DNA of 64,000 nt, from positions 5,828,001 through 5,892,000 of the forward strand of contig NC_043009.1 of assembly GCF_006345805.1 (NCBI RefSeq), read 5' to 3'. A model generated the notes under the pieces. The model did no database searches. It saw nothing but the letters and a program-made list of their open reading frames with translations, and was not told where the DNA came from. Both the position numbers and the translations under genes were made by a program. Below, piece after piece: positions 43,630 through 56,198 of this stretch (position 1 is the stretch's first letter; every line of letters starts with the position of its first letter). The stretch comes from Octopus sinensis (lineage: Eukaryota).

Positions 43630-45569
43630 ATATATGCATGTTATAATAGTTACGAGGAATGTTCATGCTTGTGTCAAGTTCAGTATGCATCTAACATGTG
43701 CAGATTTTAAATAATGGGAGGTCGACATTCAGATGTAAATTAGAGAAGATATGTGAAGAGGAAGATAATGAATAGGAGAAAATTGAGAAGGATTACGAAA
43801 AGAACCACGAGATGCATATGAAAATAGACATAAGATATGAACAAGGCTTTCTTTATTGGCCACAAGAATACTTGGAGCAACACGAGAAGCAATATACTGA
43901 ATTATACAAATATACTTCGAGTAAAAAATTAAAATACCAATGAATACTAATAAAAAAAAAAATTAAATAAGAACAAAATCAATTTCTCCAATAGAGATGG
44001 AAATATATAGGACTAATCAAGGATCAGTAGAGATTGGATTAGTCTTAGCATGAAGTGTTAGTATCGTTCACTAGGTGTTACTTGATTTTACTTGATTTTA
44101 CTTGACGTTACTTTTCGGTCAACACTCGTATGCGACTAAGAAATGCCCTTTGTGTGTAAGTTATTCAACAAAATTCCCTGGGAGTTATTAGGTCTACACT
44201 AAAAATGCACAACGTACTTTGTAAGTGAAGAATAAAAAAGGGCAATGACCTTTCAGCCTCCAATAACTCCATGTTTAGATAAAGCCATAACCAATAAAAG
44301 TGTATGTCCATCGAGTCCCAAAGAATTTGTCGGGAATAATCTAAGATTAGACACGTCTGATAGCGGCTGTTGTGTTGCTTGTACTAAATTTTTTTTTTAT
44401 TTGTTGTTATTCATTGATATTTTAATTTTTTACTCGAAGTATATTTGTATAATTCAGTATATTGCTTCTCGCGTTGCTCCAAGTATTTGATAAACATCCT
44501 TATTTCTACAAACTCGGACGCTGATCGAGTGTAAGTATATTCGATTCAGTAGTTTTGTATATAAGAGGGGTAGCACTTTTTGAAAACATTCCCCTACTTA
44601 CATTATTTACATTATTTAAATTATTTACATTCGATGGATATTTGTCCTCATCCTGTTTGTTGTTAACACCTCGTTAAAGAAGACTGCCATGAATATTATG
44701 ATCTGACCATGTCAGATTCCGCATCTGAAATCCGTAGCAAATATTTAGGCCTATACTGATCATGAATAAATAAATAAATAAAGAATAGAAAGAAAGAAAG
44801 GAAGAAAGAAAGAAAGATTACCAAATATAGTCAACATTAGACCCAATGATGGATGAAGGGGAAAGTATTAACGTAACTTGGTTTAAATAAGAATGTGATA
44901 TTTGACCAAATAGAGCAAAGGGCCGTACTAATGAATACCAATTTGTAGACATACTTTTATATTTTTGTTGTCTCATGGTATTTTAATAGTAATAAAACAG
45001 ATTCTAACAATTATTTAAAAAAAATTTATTTGCCTCTATGATCTATACCCAGGAGTGCTTTACTTATTGGGCAGCGATTATTAGTCCACGATTATCATTT
45101 TTTTGAAGCTGGTAAATACGTGCTTATGATAGACCTCACGTGTTTATATAAATTCATCTATGTTTATTCCGATTGCTTTGTTTCAAGTGATAAAAATCAT
45201 GAAAACAGAAATTTTATCTGAGTAATATAACGGTAATTACGTCAATCCAAATTTACTTAGCTATTTCGACATATTATTGATATCCACGAAAAAAATATTA
45301 TTTACATTGGGAGTTCGCCAATATTAGCGAATATAAATGTCATGTTTTTTCTCACATCACTTCATATTCGTGGTTTATATTCCCCATATCATTCTGAATA
45401 TCATATTCTCTACCACTTACAAGCAATAAACATCAAACTTGAATTCACAAACATGAACACAATATGGTATTCTGAAGCAATTTAGATATAATTAGTTCCA
45501 AATTAGTATTAGTGATTTATATGCATCACTATTATAATCATTATAAAACGATTATACTTCGACTTTCTG

Positions 45570-47150
45570 TTTCGCTATGCCTGTTGATAATATCGTGCCA
45601 TCCAGTAAATACATCATGTATCTAAAATCTTCTTTATCTAGATCATCATACAATCTCCTGATGTTTTATATAATGCGTTATGTTGTGCGTATTATACGCG
45701 CGCACACAGGCGGACCACAAAGCACTGCAGAGCGCTGGAGTGGCTGGATCATACCCACCCTGGATCATACCCACCCTGAGAACATCAACCAGGTGAAAAG
45801 AATGGCTGTACATGTAATAGGGGCTAGCATAAGAACCACTTTGAAGAGCCACATAGTAATATTTAACAGGAAACTTTACATGCCCGTTCAAGGTGCAGCT
45901 ATTGTAGTCGAAGGGTCTCTAGAGATGTGGCAGACCTTTTCATGAACTGCCGGGACAGAAAACTTAAACAATACTTAGCGGACCAATCCACAACGGTTTT
46001 AATTTACTGTGGGTATGCAGATGACATTAATATTATAGTTGGGACAAATTCTATTAACTGTAATGTAGAAACCGAGAGGAACATAATGGAGAACATCCAG
46101 CATTTAGCTAACTCCACCCACCGAAGTATGAATGTAACTATAGATTAACCTACTAAGCACCCTAACAATAGACTCCCTGATCTTGATACTGAGATTTGGT
46201 CAGAGACTGTGAACAACAGAGTGCAGCTCCTGCATTCCTGTTACGTGAAACCCATAGCTTCTAAACATGTTGGTCACATGAACTCGACTTTGTCACACAA
46301 TATGAAAATCAACATTCTGATAGAATAAGGAACAATGTGCCCCCTGCATGCAAAACCTACGAAACAAACAAACATGTACAAAACTTCATGCATCGCATGC
46401 AATTCTCTGGATATGATTAGAAACATACAGTTCGGGCATACAGAGGAGCTAGAAAGAAGTTAGATAGCATTATATGTAATGAAATCCGTGGTACCTGCCC
46501 AAGATATAGAAATAAAGACTAGAATAGGATACAAAGAGTTTGTGACAAAGCACATGGGAAGGGCACGTAATACAAGACCGAAAAATATCAATGATTGTAG
46601 ATGCCACAGCCCAGGTTGAATTAGCCGGAAGATGTAAGAAAGCTCTGAAGGAGGCCAAACGCAACATTAAGGCAGTTGAAAATCCAGGAAGCCCCATCAG
46701 ATCACAACTACGTGGGACGCGTCCCCTTGTGAATACCACATGGAACAATGATAACTTCATGGCATGTAAAATTAACTCTGGCATTAACTGTAGAACTAGA
46801 GATGTATTCTACAGAACAAGGTACATAGAGGGCTCTTGTAAAGACAAGGACATGGTATACAAAGGGAGAGATCTAGAAGCATTTTGGAGAGCCTACATGG
46901 CATTTGACACAATATGACGGCAAAAACAGTTCTCCATACTCTTTTCTATCAACAAGCCAATGACCAATATGGAGGCACACTAGGTCACCTTGACATCCAC
47001 AATTTATCCAAGCACCCGGAGGACCCAAAACCCAGACAAATACAGGAGTACGTCTTCATGGAGGGAACATCTGTACTAAATACGAAATATACGTTGAAGG
47101 TAGTCACATTCCAATAACCTCACTATATATACACACAGGTAGAGTTGTTA
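45570..47150 (+). mobile_element. Degenerate Penelope-like retroelement (RT + GIY-YIG-like endonuclease)
   Basis: KSHIVIFNRKLY..VQG, MADLFM..DRKL, YADD (46014-46025), LDTEIW, YVKPIASK, KINIL, VDATAQVELA..CKKALK, CRTRDVFYR...YKG(E)RSRS and RQIQE...LNTKYT. Confidence 0.85.
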
Positions 47151-47395
47151 GTAGGCTGTTATACAGAGAAATGTATATGTATATATGTATATGTGTATGT
47201 GTGTATGTGTGTGTGTAGGTAAATGAATATGTAAGTAAACAGATAAACAGATAGGTACATAGGTATTACGGACTGACGGCACACACAAATACATATGCAC
47301 ACATACAAAGACACACTCACACACAAACACATGAATATGCAGAATACATACATATGCAAACGTACACACGCATATATATATATATACATGAGCGT

Positions 47396-47700
47396 CGAGC
47401 TTACGATCGTGAGGTTGTGAGCTCGAATCCCGGACCGGGCTGCGTGTTGTGTTCTTGAGCAAAGCACTTTATTTCACGTTGCTCCAGTTCACTCAGCTGT
47501 AGAAATGAGTTGCGACGTCACTGGTGCCAAGCTGTATCGACCTTTGTCTTTCCCTTGGATAACACTGGTGGCGTGGAGAGGGGAGGCTGGTATGCATGGG
47601 CGACTCCTGGTCTTCCATAAACAACCTTGCCCGGACTTGTGTCTAGGAGGGTAACTTTCTAGGTGCAATCCCATGGTCATTCATGACCGAAGGGGGTCTT
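47396..47700 (+). mobile_element. tRNA-headed SINE, family D
   Basis: B-box-like GCTCGAATCCC and tail CCATGGTCATTCATGACCGAAGGGGGTCTT; the tail recurs at 41390-41540. Confidence 0.75.
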
Positions 47701-47733
47701 AAGAGAAGAGAATATATATATATATACATATAC

Positions 47734-47811
<78 letters not shown>

Positions 47812-47813
<2 letters not shown>

Positions 47814-48083
47814 ATGCGCAATGGCCCAGTGGTTAGGGCAGCGGACTCGCGGTCGCAAGATCGCGGTTTCGATTCCCAGACCGGGCGTTGTGTGTGTTTA
47901 TTGAGCGAAAACTCCGAAAAGCTTTACGACGCTCCGGCAGGGGGTGGTGATCCCTGCTATACTCTTTCACTACTCTTTCTCCCACTCTTTCTTCTGTTGG
48001 CTTGCTCGCTAAACCAATGCGAACGCATTGTGACCAGCGATGTGTAAGAACATCTGATGGTCTGGTCAGTCACGTGATCACGA
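47812..48083 (+). mobile_element. tRNA-headed SINE, family C
   Basis: Same head and the tail AACATCTGATGGTCTGGTCAGTCACGTGATCACG as 21710-21984. Confidence 0.88.
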
Positions 48084-48571
48084 TATATATATATATATAA
48101 ATAAATATATATATATATATATGTATGTATGTGTATATTTATATGTATATGCATACACAATCAGGCACATACACGCATACACACACAGAAATACATACAT
48201 ATGTGTATACACATCCACCGTGACGCACACAGATGCGCATAAATATGAAACCAACGAAAAGAACGCCGCTCTGATAATAGACCGAGTCAACGTCTATTGA
48301 AAAGGTTGCATCTTTAAGGCACCGATAATACCGCGCCTTAAACTTTAGTTTAATATAATAAAAAACAAAAGAGAACAAAAACAAAACAATTCAACAACGC
48401 GAGAACGTGGTACATGTGAATTATTAGCAGACGCTCAGGGAAGAAAATAAATATGGTTCAACGTATCGGGCGGACGCGCTTCTTTGGAAACAGAGGAAAG
48501 TTCAATAGAATGGAAGACGAAGGAATAAAATTGCCAACGATTAACGTTTGGTTACATTTTGAAATGACCGG

Positions 48572-48606
<35 letters not shown>

Positions 48607-49514
48607 ATTGTAATGTAATAATTCTGTATTTGTACCACGTACAGTGACATCTGGAAAGGTTGTTGCATATGTATACTTAATACTTCTAGGCAGAAGATTT
48701 AAGCCGGTCAGTGAACTGAACCTCAGAGGAGAATAACATCTCCCTTTTATGACGACGGTGTGTTCAACACACTCGTCTCATTGACACACGACATTCCAGG
48801 TCAGCGGTACTGCAATAGTTGCCATGTTGCGTCTCTTCAACCAAAGGCAGCTTGGAATTCGAGCCTACACGCACGCACACGCACACACACGCACACACTC
48901 ACAAACATACATAGATACGTACATTCAAACATATACATACACAGACACACACGCACACATATGCAATGGAAAATAAACTTTACTGTACGGTTCTGTTACT
49001 ACATATTTCTCGCTCAGAGATTTAAAGATAGTCGTTTTTCTCCTTAGGAAATGAGCGACTGCGTGTCGCTTTTAAAGTATACACTGGAAGAGCAAGAGAT
49101 TGCTATCTCTAGCTAGCGGTTGTCCTGTACCAAGGAAGGGAAATTACCCGGATACCATTGGCCTACAGGTATCGCTACGGTTATAAAGTGGGTGGTAGAC
49201 ACCCCTGCTAACAGTATACGGATTCATTGTCGGTAGCTAGCTGGAAAAGATGGTCTTTTACGGCTAAAATGTTGTAACATCGCCCTACGTAGGCCTAACA
49301 CGTGGCGTTGGCAAATAGAATTTAATATATATATATAAGCATCTTGATGTATGTATTAAATAAAATACGCTGAATCCAATGTCCACTGAACTATTCGAAT
49401 TATACGTTGAAGAGTTAACACACAGAAGCTTATGTATATCTGTGTGAGCGTATATCTGCGTATAAGTATGTGCCTATATGCAGACATTTATTCATATGAA
49501 TAATATATATTTCT

Positions 49515-49738
49515 TTGCTACCCACAAGGGGCTAATCACAGAGGGGACAAACAAGGACAGACAAACGGATTAAGTCGATTACATCGATCCCAGTGCGTAA
49601 CTGGTACTTAAATTATCGACACCCAAAGGATGAAAGGCAAAGTCAACCTCGACGGAATTTGAACCCAGAACGTAACGGCAGACGAAATCCGGCTACGCAT
49701 TTCGCTCGGCGTGCTACCGGTTCTGCCAGCTCGCCGCC
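49515..49738 (-). mobile_element. SINE family B, complete
   Basis: Collinear with 16945-17165 in reverse orientation. Confidence 0.85.
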
Positions 49739-50368
49739 TTATTTATTCAGATAAATATTATAGCTCATTTATTATTTAGAAGTTTGAAATTGAACATTCG
49801 TTCAGTCTCGTCAATGCTACATTTACGCACTTGTGCTTTCATTCAGTGAAAATGCATATATTTTATACCTACACGTACTGTTCGTCGACTACATCTACTT
49901 AGGTGCCAACAGTCATTTAATGATGTACATCTTCCTGTTACACACATCGAAGCGTGATGGATGAATAAAATATACATTGAAACACAATCACCGAAGCTTT
50001 CCCTCTCTCTATATATGTGTGTGTGAGTGTGCATGTGAGTGTGCATGTACGAGTATGTAAGTATGTATGTATGCATATCATCACATCACTAATATGAAAG
50101 GATACATAGACTAAATTAAAACTTATATTAAAGGCAACGATTGACAAATATACGTGCTTTCATTAAACGCTGGAAGTTATATATCATTGCTAATGTTCGC
50201 CGAAATATTTTACAGTTTATGCAATTCCGTTTACGAGACAGATTTCATTTTCAATTTTTTTTTTTCTTGCATTCAAACACCATTCATCAGAAATTTTATG
50301 ATTTTGAGTAGTTTCTTTCTCAGCTTTGGGGGCTAATGTAATGAAAAAAACAAACAAACAAACAACAA

Positions 50369-50433
<65 letters not shown>

Positions 50434-50571
50434 AATATATATACGTACATATATATAAATGTGTGTGTGTGTATGTATGTATGCATATATACATACATAT
50501 ATTCATATGTGCGCATATTGATGTATGGATCTCTCTTATTCTCTCTCCCTTCTATCTCTCTGTACCTAAAT

Positions 50572-50619
<48 letters not shown>

Positions 50620-50675
50620 CATATGAATACGCATATATATATATATACATATATACTTATATATACATTTATATT

Positions 50676-50713
<38 letters not shown>

Positions 50714-50780
50714 AGTATATATGTATATATACATATAAATATACGTATGTATATATGTATATATATATATAATATATATC

Positions 50781-50823
<43 letters not shown>

Positions 50824-50903
50824 ATGTATGTACATATATATATATATACATATATATATATGTATATATATATACATGTATATAGAGATAGATAGATATA
50901 CAT

Positions 50904-50955
<52 letters not shown>

Positions 50956-51744
50956 GCATGAATGTATGTATGTAAATGTATAAGCGGAGAGAGAAAAATA
51001 GAGAGTGAAATTGCAGAGTGTGTCTATATATTTCTATGTGTGTGTGAGTGTGAGGGTGTTCGCATGTATGTATATATGTATGTTTCAATACTGACAAAGC
51101 TAGAGAATCAAGTAGTTATGTGGAACTTTGTGAGACGCCGAAATATAGACTTTAATTCCAATTCCTTTCGCTGACCATAAACATATAATTAAGGAAACAC
51201 TTTTATATGTTTGTGATATTGGTGTGGCTATATAAATTTGCCTTTGAGGACAAAGTTTCTACATACGTATATACGTATGTATGTATGTACATTTAGACGT
51301 ATGATTGTATAAAAAGCTACAGTCACAAACTTACATGAAATATGAGTGGCTGCAACGGAAATGTTAGAGAATATAAAACTAGTTTCTGTTTTATGTTGTG
51401 AATTATATGGAAAAGAAAACACAAATATCAAAACGCAGAAAAATTATGAAGTTCTTTTAAAACTTTTCTAAATGTTAACTGAAATTTATGTTCTGAAGTC
51501 ATTAACTACAGATATGGTAGTTACTATTTATGAGCAACTGTTGGAGATGCTAGGAATACAATATATTTAAATCTAGTTCAAAGGTTGTGACTAAGTACTA
51601 AATACATTATTTGAACTACGGGTTTTGTGGTATCACTAATTTGTCACATAAAATATATACGTTACTTCTTGCATCCCTTAACAAATTAGAATCAGCGTAG
51701 AAAGATATAAACAGCGACGCACATACACAATCAAATACGGTGGT

Positions 51745-51750
51745 GTATGA

Positions 51751-51810
<60 letters not shown>

Positions 51811-51820
51811 TATATATATA

Positions 51821-51870
<50 letters not shown>
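51745..51870. repeat. (TA)n tract, left flank of ribozyme/LINE locus
   Basis: Read directly. Confidence 0.95.
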
Positions 51871-51878
<8 letters not shown>

Positions 51879-52411
51879 GAGGGCATCATACATACATGCC
51901 AGAGAGCATCACACATACATGCCACACGCTAAGAGGGACAATTAGTCATTTCTACCAAAAATATTACTAATCCCACCGAATGCAATTTTTCAAAGTAAGA
52001 CATTTAAAAAATATAGACCTGTATCACAGTGATTTCATACTTACGTATTGATCAGCAGGCCCGAATGTATCATAAATAAACGACCCTGCCCCGCTTAAGC
52101 CGATCAGCTAACTGATCAACATCAACGAAGCACATGGGTGAGTTTACATATATTACATCCTGTAAATGGCGAACTTTTACGAATTGCATTTCGGGAAAGG
52201 AAAAGTTTTTTCGGAATAAAAATTTAGCAATTAAGGACAACTACTTAATAAGGAAAACTTAACAAGAAATTGTCAGGTAGATAGCGTGAAAACCTCATAA
52301 GAGAATAAATTTCGAAAATAATTATTTCTTATTGAACATATTAATTTATATATAGAGGGCATCATACATACATGCCAGAGAGCATCACACATACATGCCA
52401 CACGCTAAGAG
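51871..52411 (-). repeat. Inverted copy (~1.1 units) of the ~476-bp ribozyme repeat
   Basis: Reverse complement of the array unit, from ...CTCTTAGCGTG (52411) to ...GCCCTCTATATATA (51871), where it merges into (TA)n. Confidence 0.95.
52016..52061 (-). ncRNA. Hammerhead ribozyme with mutated core (CTGATCA, G8C), probably inactive
   Basis: The minus strand reads GGCCTG-CTGATCA-ATAC GTAA GTAT-GAAA-TCAC T GTGA-TA-CAGGTC. The substitution is at 52050. Confidence 0.8.
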
Positions 52412-52550
52412 TATGAAATCACTGTGATACAGGTCTATATTTTTTTAAATGTCTTACTTTGAAAAATTGCATTCGGTGGGATTAGTAATATTTTTGGTAG
52501 AAATGACTAATTGTCCCTCTTAGCGTGTGGCATGTATGTGTGATGCTCTC
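52410..52550 (+). repeat. Forward partial unit of the ribozyme repeat (3' half of hammerhead to GATGCTCTC)
   Basis: Starts in stem II (AGTATGAAATCACTGTGATACAGGTC...) and ends at TGATGCTCTC, where it abuts the LINE 3' end. Confidence 0.95.
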
Positions 52551-52808
52551 TTATTTCTTTATTACGATTATACAATCGTTACATAGAAGGACAAATACAG
52601 GACATACATGCAAAAAAACAGTTAAGAGATTCGATTAAAAATTTTCCATAACATTTGGATTATTCATTATAAAAATTCGTCTATAAATTGTCCTTTACGT
52701 GACCAATAGAATATTAAAACATTTTATAACCTTTCGATCTTACCGAAGTTTTAAACCCCGGCAATTTATAAGGCCCCGCAGCTTTTGTTTCCTCTACTCC
52801 CTCCATAG

Positions 52809-55800
52809 TTAAGCTGGGTTTCTGACACCCACCTTTTTTTCCACTTCCTTCCATCTTTTCTCATACACACCCCGTGGTAGGATCCTCTTTTCCAGCCCCA
52901 TTTTGCTCTTCAGATGATATCTGAAGTAAGTGAGCAAGCCGGGGCCCGAGACAAAGGATCCTATCGCGACTCCTTCCATTCTTGTTCGCCACATGCATTC
53001 TTTTACTACTGCAACCGTGCAGTGAAAACATGCCTCACCTTCCTTCGAGAGTCCAGTTGGCGGTATCATCTTAATCATAGACTCAGCCGACAGCTGTACT
53101 CGTCCCAGATGCGATAACACGTGTTCTGCGTAACTTATCAAGTCGGACAACTTCCGACAGTGTACAAAAGCGTGCTGGACGGTTTCATCGTCCAACTCGC
53201 ACCTTGGACACGTCGGTGGCACTGAAATTCCGTGCCGCGATAACTTCTCGCGAACAGGTAAAGCATTCCTATAGCACTGCCAGGCCAGGGATCTTTGGAA
53301 ATTATCCAAGTACCCCGTCCTGAAAGTCTTTTTAACAGGTTGGTAAGCTGGTCTTCGTCAAACCCCAGAGCCCCTCCTAGGACGTCGTCGTTCTTTGCCT
53401 CTACCAGCCTTCTATAAAATAAGAGGTGGTATTTCCGCAGCCGGCCTTGCCCGCCTTGTGGATCAGCGTGAGTGCCTGTCGGCACTCCTTTTGCCATAAA
53501 GTCAGTTTCCATCTTTTGATGCGACCGGGTTTAAAATTCACTAAGGAGGCCGGTCTCGGGAAAAATTCCCCTGCCAGCGGACTCCACACCTTATCACCCT
53601 CCAGGTGGTGCCAGAGATGCTTCAGCCTCAACGCATGTCTGCGCATCATCAACCAAGGCATTCCTAACCCACCCTTTAACGGTTCCTGGCAGCAAACGGA
53701 GCGCCTCACAAGTGGCTTTCCTCCCTTCCACAAAAAGCGGAAAAGGATTCGCTCCAACTTGCTAAGCCATGAATCGGGGCAAGGGACAACGGTCAGGCGG
53801 TAAGTGATTACAGATGCAATGAACATCTGTACCACCTCCACCCTTCCTTTCAAGGACAGAAACCTTCCGGACCAGGTCCGTACTATGGCCTCCACCTTGC
53901 TCGTCACCTCACTCCAGTTCCTCTCCGTTTGGGAGTCTGGCCCAAACCAGACTCCTAGCAACTTAACAGGGCCATCCGTCCAGTGTCCCACGACACTGGA
54001 CGATATCGACTTGCTCCTCCAGGTGCCGAGGCGCAAGCCAACCGACTTGTCCTTGTTAACCTTTGCTCCTGCCACCGCCTCGTATCCTCTGATAGCCTCT
54101 TCCACACAAGGTAGCTGGGCCTCATTGGACACGATGAGGGTGACGTCATCCGCATAAGCAGTAACCGTCCTCCCACCTCCGATCTCATCCGAGTTACTTC
54201 CCAGCCTCTCCAACTTTCGCAGCAATGGCTCAAGAGCCAACACGTACAAAAGTGGTGACAAGGGGCACCCTTGACGAACTGAACATTCGATCGAAAACGG
54301 TTCCGTTAGGTAACCGTTTATCTGGACGGTGGACTTGATGCCGCTATACATAGCGGAGATCCACCCGCGAAATTCAGGGCCCAGTCCAGCCGCTTCGAGG
54401 ACCGTCGCCAGGTACTCATGGTCTACCCTATCGAACGCTTTACTTTGGTCTAAATGGACCATTACCCCCCCCCCTTGCCGGTTAATTTACCCACCCTATC
54501 TAAGGTGTAGCGTATAAGGTGAAGATTGTCCTGGATCGACCTGCCTGGAATTGCACATGTCTGTGCTCTCCCTACAAGTTTCTCCACGACAACCGTCAAC
54601 CTTTTTGCCAACACCTTGGCCAAAATCTTTAACTCTACATTAAGTAGAGTTATGGGCCTGTAGTTACTAATGTTATCCCCCTTGCTCGGGTCTTTCTGGA
54701 TTAGCGTCACCACTCCCCGGCTTACAGAACTGGGAATTCTCCCATTCTGCTGCCAGTTCGTGTAGACGCCTGCCAATATTCCCCCGAACAAGTCCGGCAT
54801 ACTTTGGTAAAACTCGTAGGGCAGACCATCCAACCCCGGCGACTTCTCCCCGGCGCATCCGGCCAGTATCCCCTCTATCTCCGCGGGAGTGATCGCTTCT
54901 TCCACAGCACTCCACCTCACGCCCCGAGAGCCGCGGTCCGCCGGCCAGGAAGTCCTTTAAGGTCCTCCCCCGCTCCGGCGCCACACCACCCCCGAACACG
55001 CGGGCGAAATGCTGGTGAAGAAACTTTTGCATCTCCTCCTGTCCATAGATCTTTTGTCCCTGTTCGTCAGTTAAAGACTTGATTGAGGCTTTGTTACCTC
55101 TCTGACTCTCCACTCGACGGGCCCATCCGGCAACGTTAATACCTTCTCGTTTCCCAGCGCGTAGCTTAGCTCTGACTCTGCAACCTTCGTGTTTGGAGTT
55201 AAGGTGACGGTACAATACCGTCCTTGCCGCCATCACTCCGGATGCAGAGCCAGCTTCCATTGCCTCGTTTAGATTCTTAACTAAATCGTCCTCTATCCTA
55301 GACCTATCTAACCTTAGCTGATTGCTAAATCTAATGGACTCTGAACGAATGGCTCTTTTGAGGGAGTGCCACCATCTATTGTTAATGATGGTGCCACACA
55401 ATGCCCTCTGTACTAACACCTTAATCCGGGTACGGAAGTCTTCACAATTCAAAATAGCCTTGTTCAGCTTCCAGTACCCGGGTCCCTGTCTATGACACTT
55501 GTCTAATTGCATCCTACACGTCACAAATTTGTGATCCGTGTAAGGCACAATGTGAAACTGTGGACAACTAAACGTATCCTTATCTCTTTTCTTAATAAAT
55601 ATCCTATCTAAATACGATCTGTGTGAGCCGTCGTTGTTACTCCACGTCCACTGTGGAACGCTCGGCTCATCCAGTCGGTAACGGTCCACTAGATCAAAGC
55701 TCTCTAGTAGACCCTTGAGGCTAGGGTTCCCCTTCCTATTGGTTGAGCCAACACTGTCGACCCGCGCTTCAAGGACAGTGTTAAAGTCCCCTACTAGGAT

Positions 55801-56198
55801 TACCGTTTTCGACGTCGCTAAAAAGGGCTCCAGGTTCCGAAAAAACCCGTCTGTCTACTCTCGTTCGGAGCGTAGACAGCTACCAACCTGAAGGACTGTT
55901 TACTTACGTGGGTCACATCCAGAACAACCAGCCTGCCTTCTGGGTCCAGAAAGACAGTACTTACCTGCAAGTCCAAGCTCTTCCTGATAAGGACTGCCAC
56001 GCCTCTGCCTCTTCCTCGGCTAGGAGAAATAAATTTCTCGAACCCATTTAGAAGAGGCGAGAACGCTTGGGCCTCGTTCATCTTGGACTCGGTTGCAATA
56101 GCTATGTCTACTCCATGTGTCGTGAGGTCGTCCAGGAAGCAAATTTGTTTCCATTCCGACCCCATTCCACGTACATTCACACAACCCAGCTTAGCCAT
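52809..56198 (-). CDS. LINE ORF2: apurinic-type endonuclease + reverse transcriptase + C-terminal zinc finger (5 single-base frameshifts)
   Basis: EN motifs CVNVRGM, VYAPN, LVGDFN, SYLDRIF, YTDHKFV. RT motifs NYRPITLLN, LDQSKAFDRV, VRQGCPLSP, AYADD, KLLGV. C-terminal CPRC..ETVQHAFVHC. No in-frame stop was found once frames are switched. Confidence 0.93.

Noticed and set aside
53426-55082. Plus-strand ORFs antisense to LINE ORF2
   Set aside because: Shadow ORFs expected opposite a GC-rich coding strand, with no independent motifs.
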